From Hydrolagus colliei (Eukaryota), in contig CM068743.1 in assembly GCA_035084275.1 (NCBI GenBank), positions 18,724,001 through 18,788,000 of the forward strand: a stretch of 64,000 bases of DNA, read 5' to 3'. The notes under the pieces were generated by a model. That model was given only the letters and a program-made list of their open reading frames with translations. It was not told the DNA's origin and made no database searches. Positions 63,728 to 64,000 of the stretch are shown piece by piece; positions within the stretch are counted from its first letter, which is position 1; each line of letters begins with the position of its first letter. The position numbers and the translations under genes were made by a program.

Positions 63728-63814
63728 AGCATATCCACATTGCAAGCACCACAAGTTAATTCACAAAGAAACTGCCTTATTACAGTTATAAACATCTACA
63801 GTATACAATGTCTT

Positions 63815-64000
63815 ACAACAACAACAACAAAATTACACTTAAAGAGCCCCTTTCACATCGGGGAGAATGTCCCAAGACGCTGAACAGTTAGGTCGGGACC
63901 CAAGCAGGAGGAGGGAGGGGTCAGGATAGGGCGAAGGAGAATAGGAGAGGGAGGAGAATTAGGAGCGGAGCAGAAGGCACGGTCGAAGAGGAATGTCTTG
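63815..64000 (-). mobile_element. L2 LINE 3' end (window-truncated)
   Basis: (CAA)n AATTACAC..CTTTCACATCGGGGAGAATGTCCCAAGACGCTGAACAGTTAGGTCGGGACCC, as at 61496-61580. Confidence 0.9.

Overview
Eukaryotic (vertebrate) non-coding DNA. The repeat content (tRNA-derived Deu-type SINEs with L2 tails, L2 and CR1 LINE fragments, a Penelope-type hairpin element) points to a cartilaginous fish, probably a holocephalan; this is inference. I found no protein-coding gene, RNA gene or intact transposon ORF. The longer ORFs in the track are decayed L2/CR1 reverse-transcriptase pieces or translations of G/C-rich minisatellites. The window reads as a large intron or intergenic region densely filled with SINEs, LINE 3' ends, at least four MITE families (one hAT-type, three Tc1/mariner-pogo-type) and non-autonomous Helitron-like elements, with one 131-N gap. 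The most notable structures are: (i) a perfect 106-bp palindrome flanked by a 7-bp direct repeat at 20.4 kb; (ii) an apparently identical 3.4-kb tandem duplication with a 6-bp templated junction; (iii) a complex templated insertion at 43 kb copied from a MITE 5-6 kb away, plus several smaller local copy-paste scars; (iv) an unclassified oligo(A)-ended repeat family with five copies in the first 20 kb; (v) hAT MITEs carrying expandable G-rich minisatellites; and (vi) a decayed hammerhead-like motif. I see no solid evidence for a new gene system. Coordinates of decayed repeats are approximate (about +/-10-20 bp).
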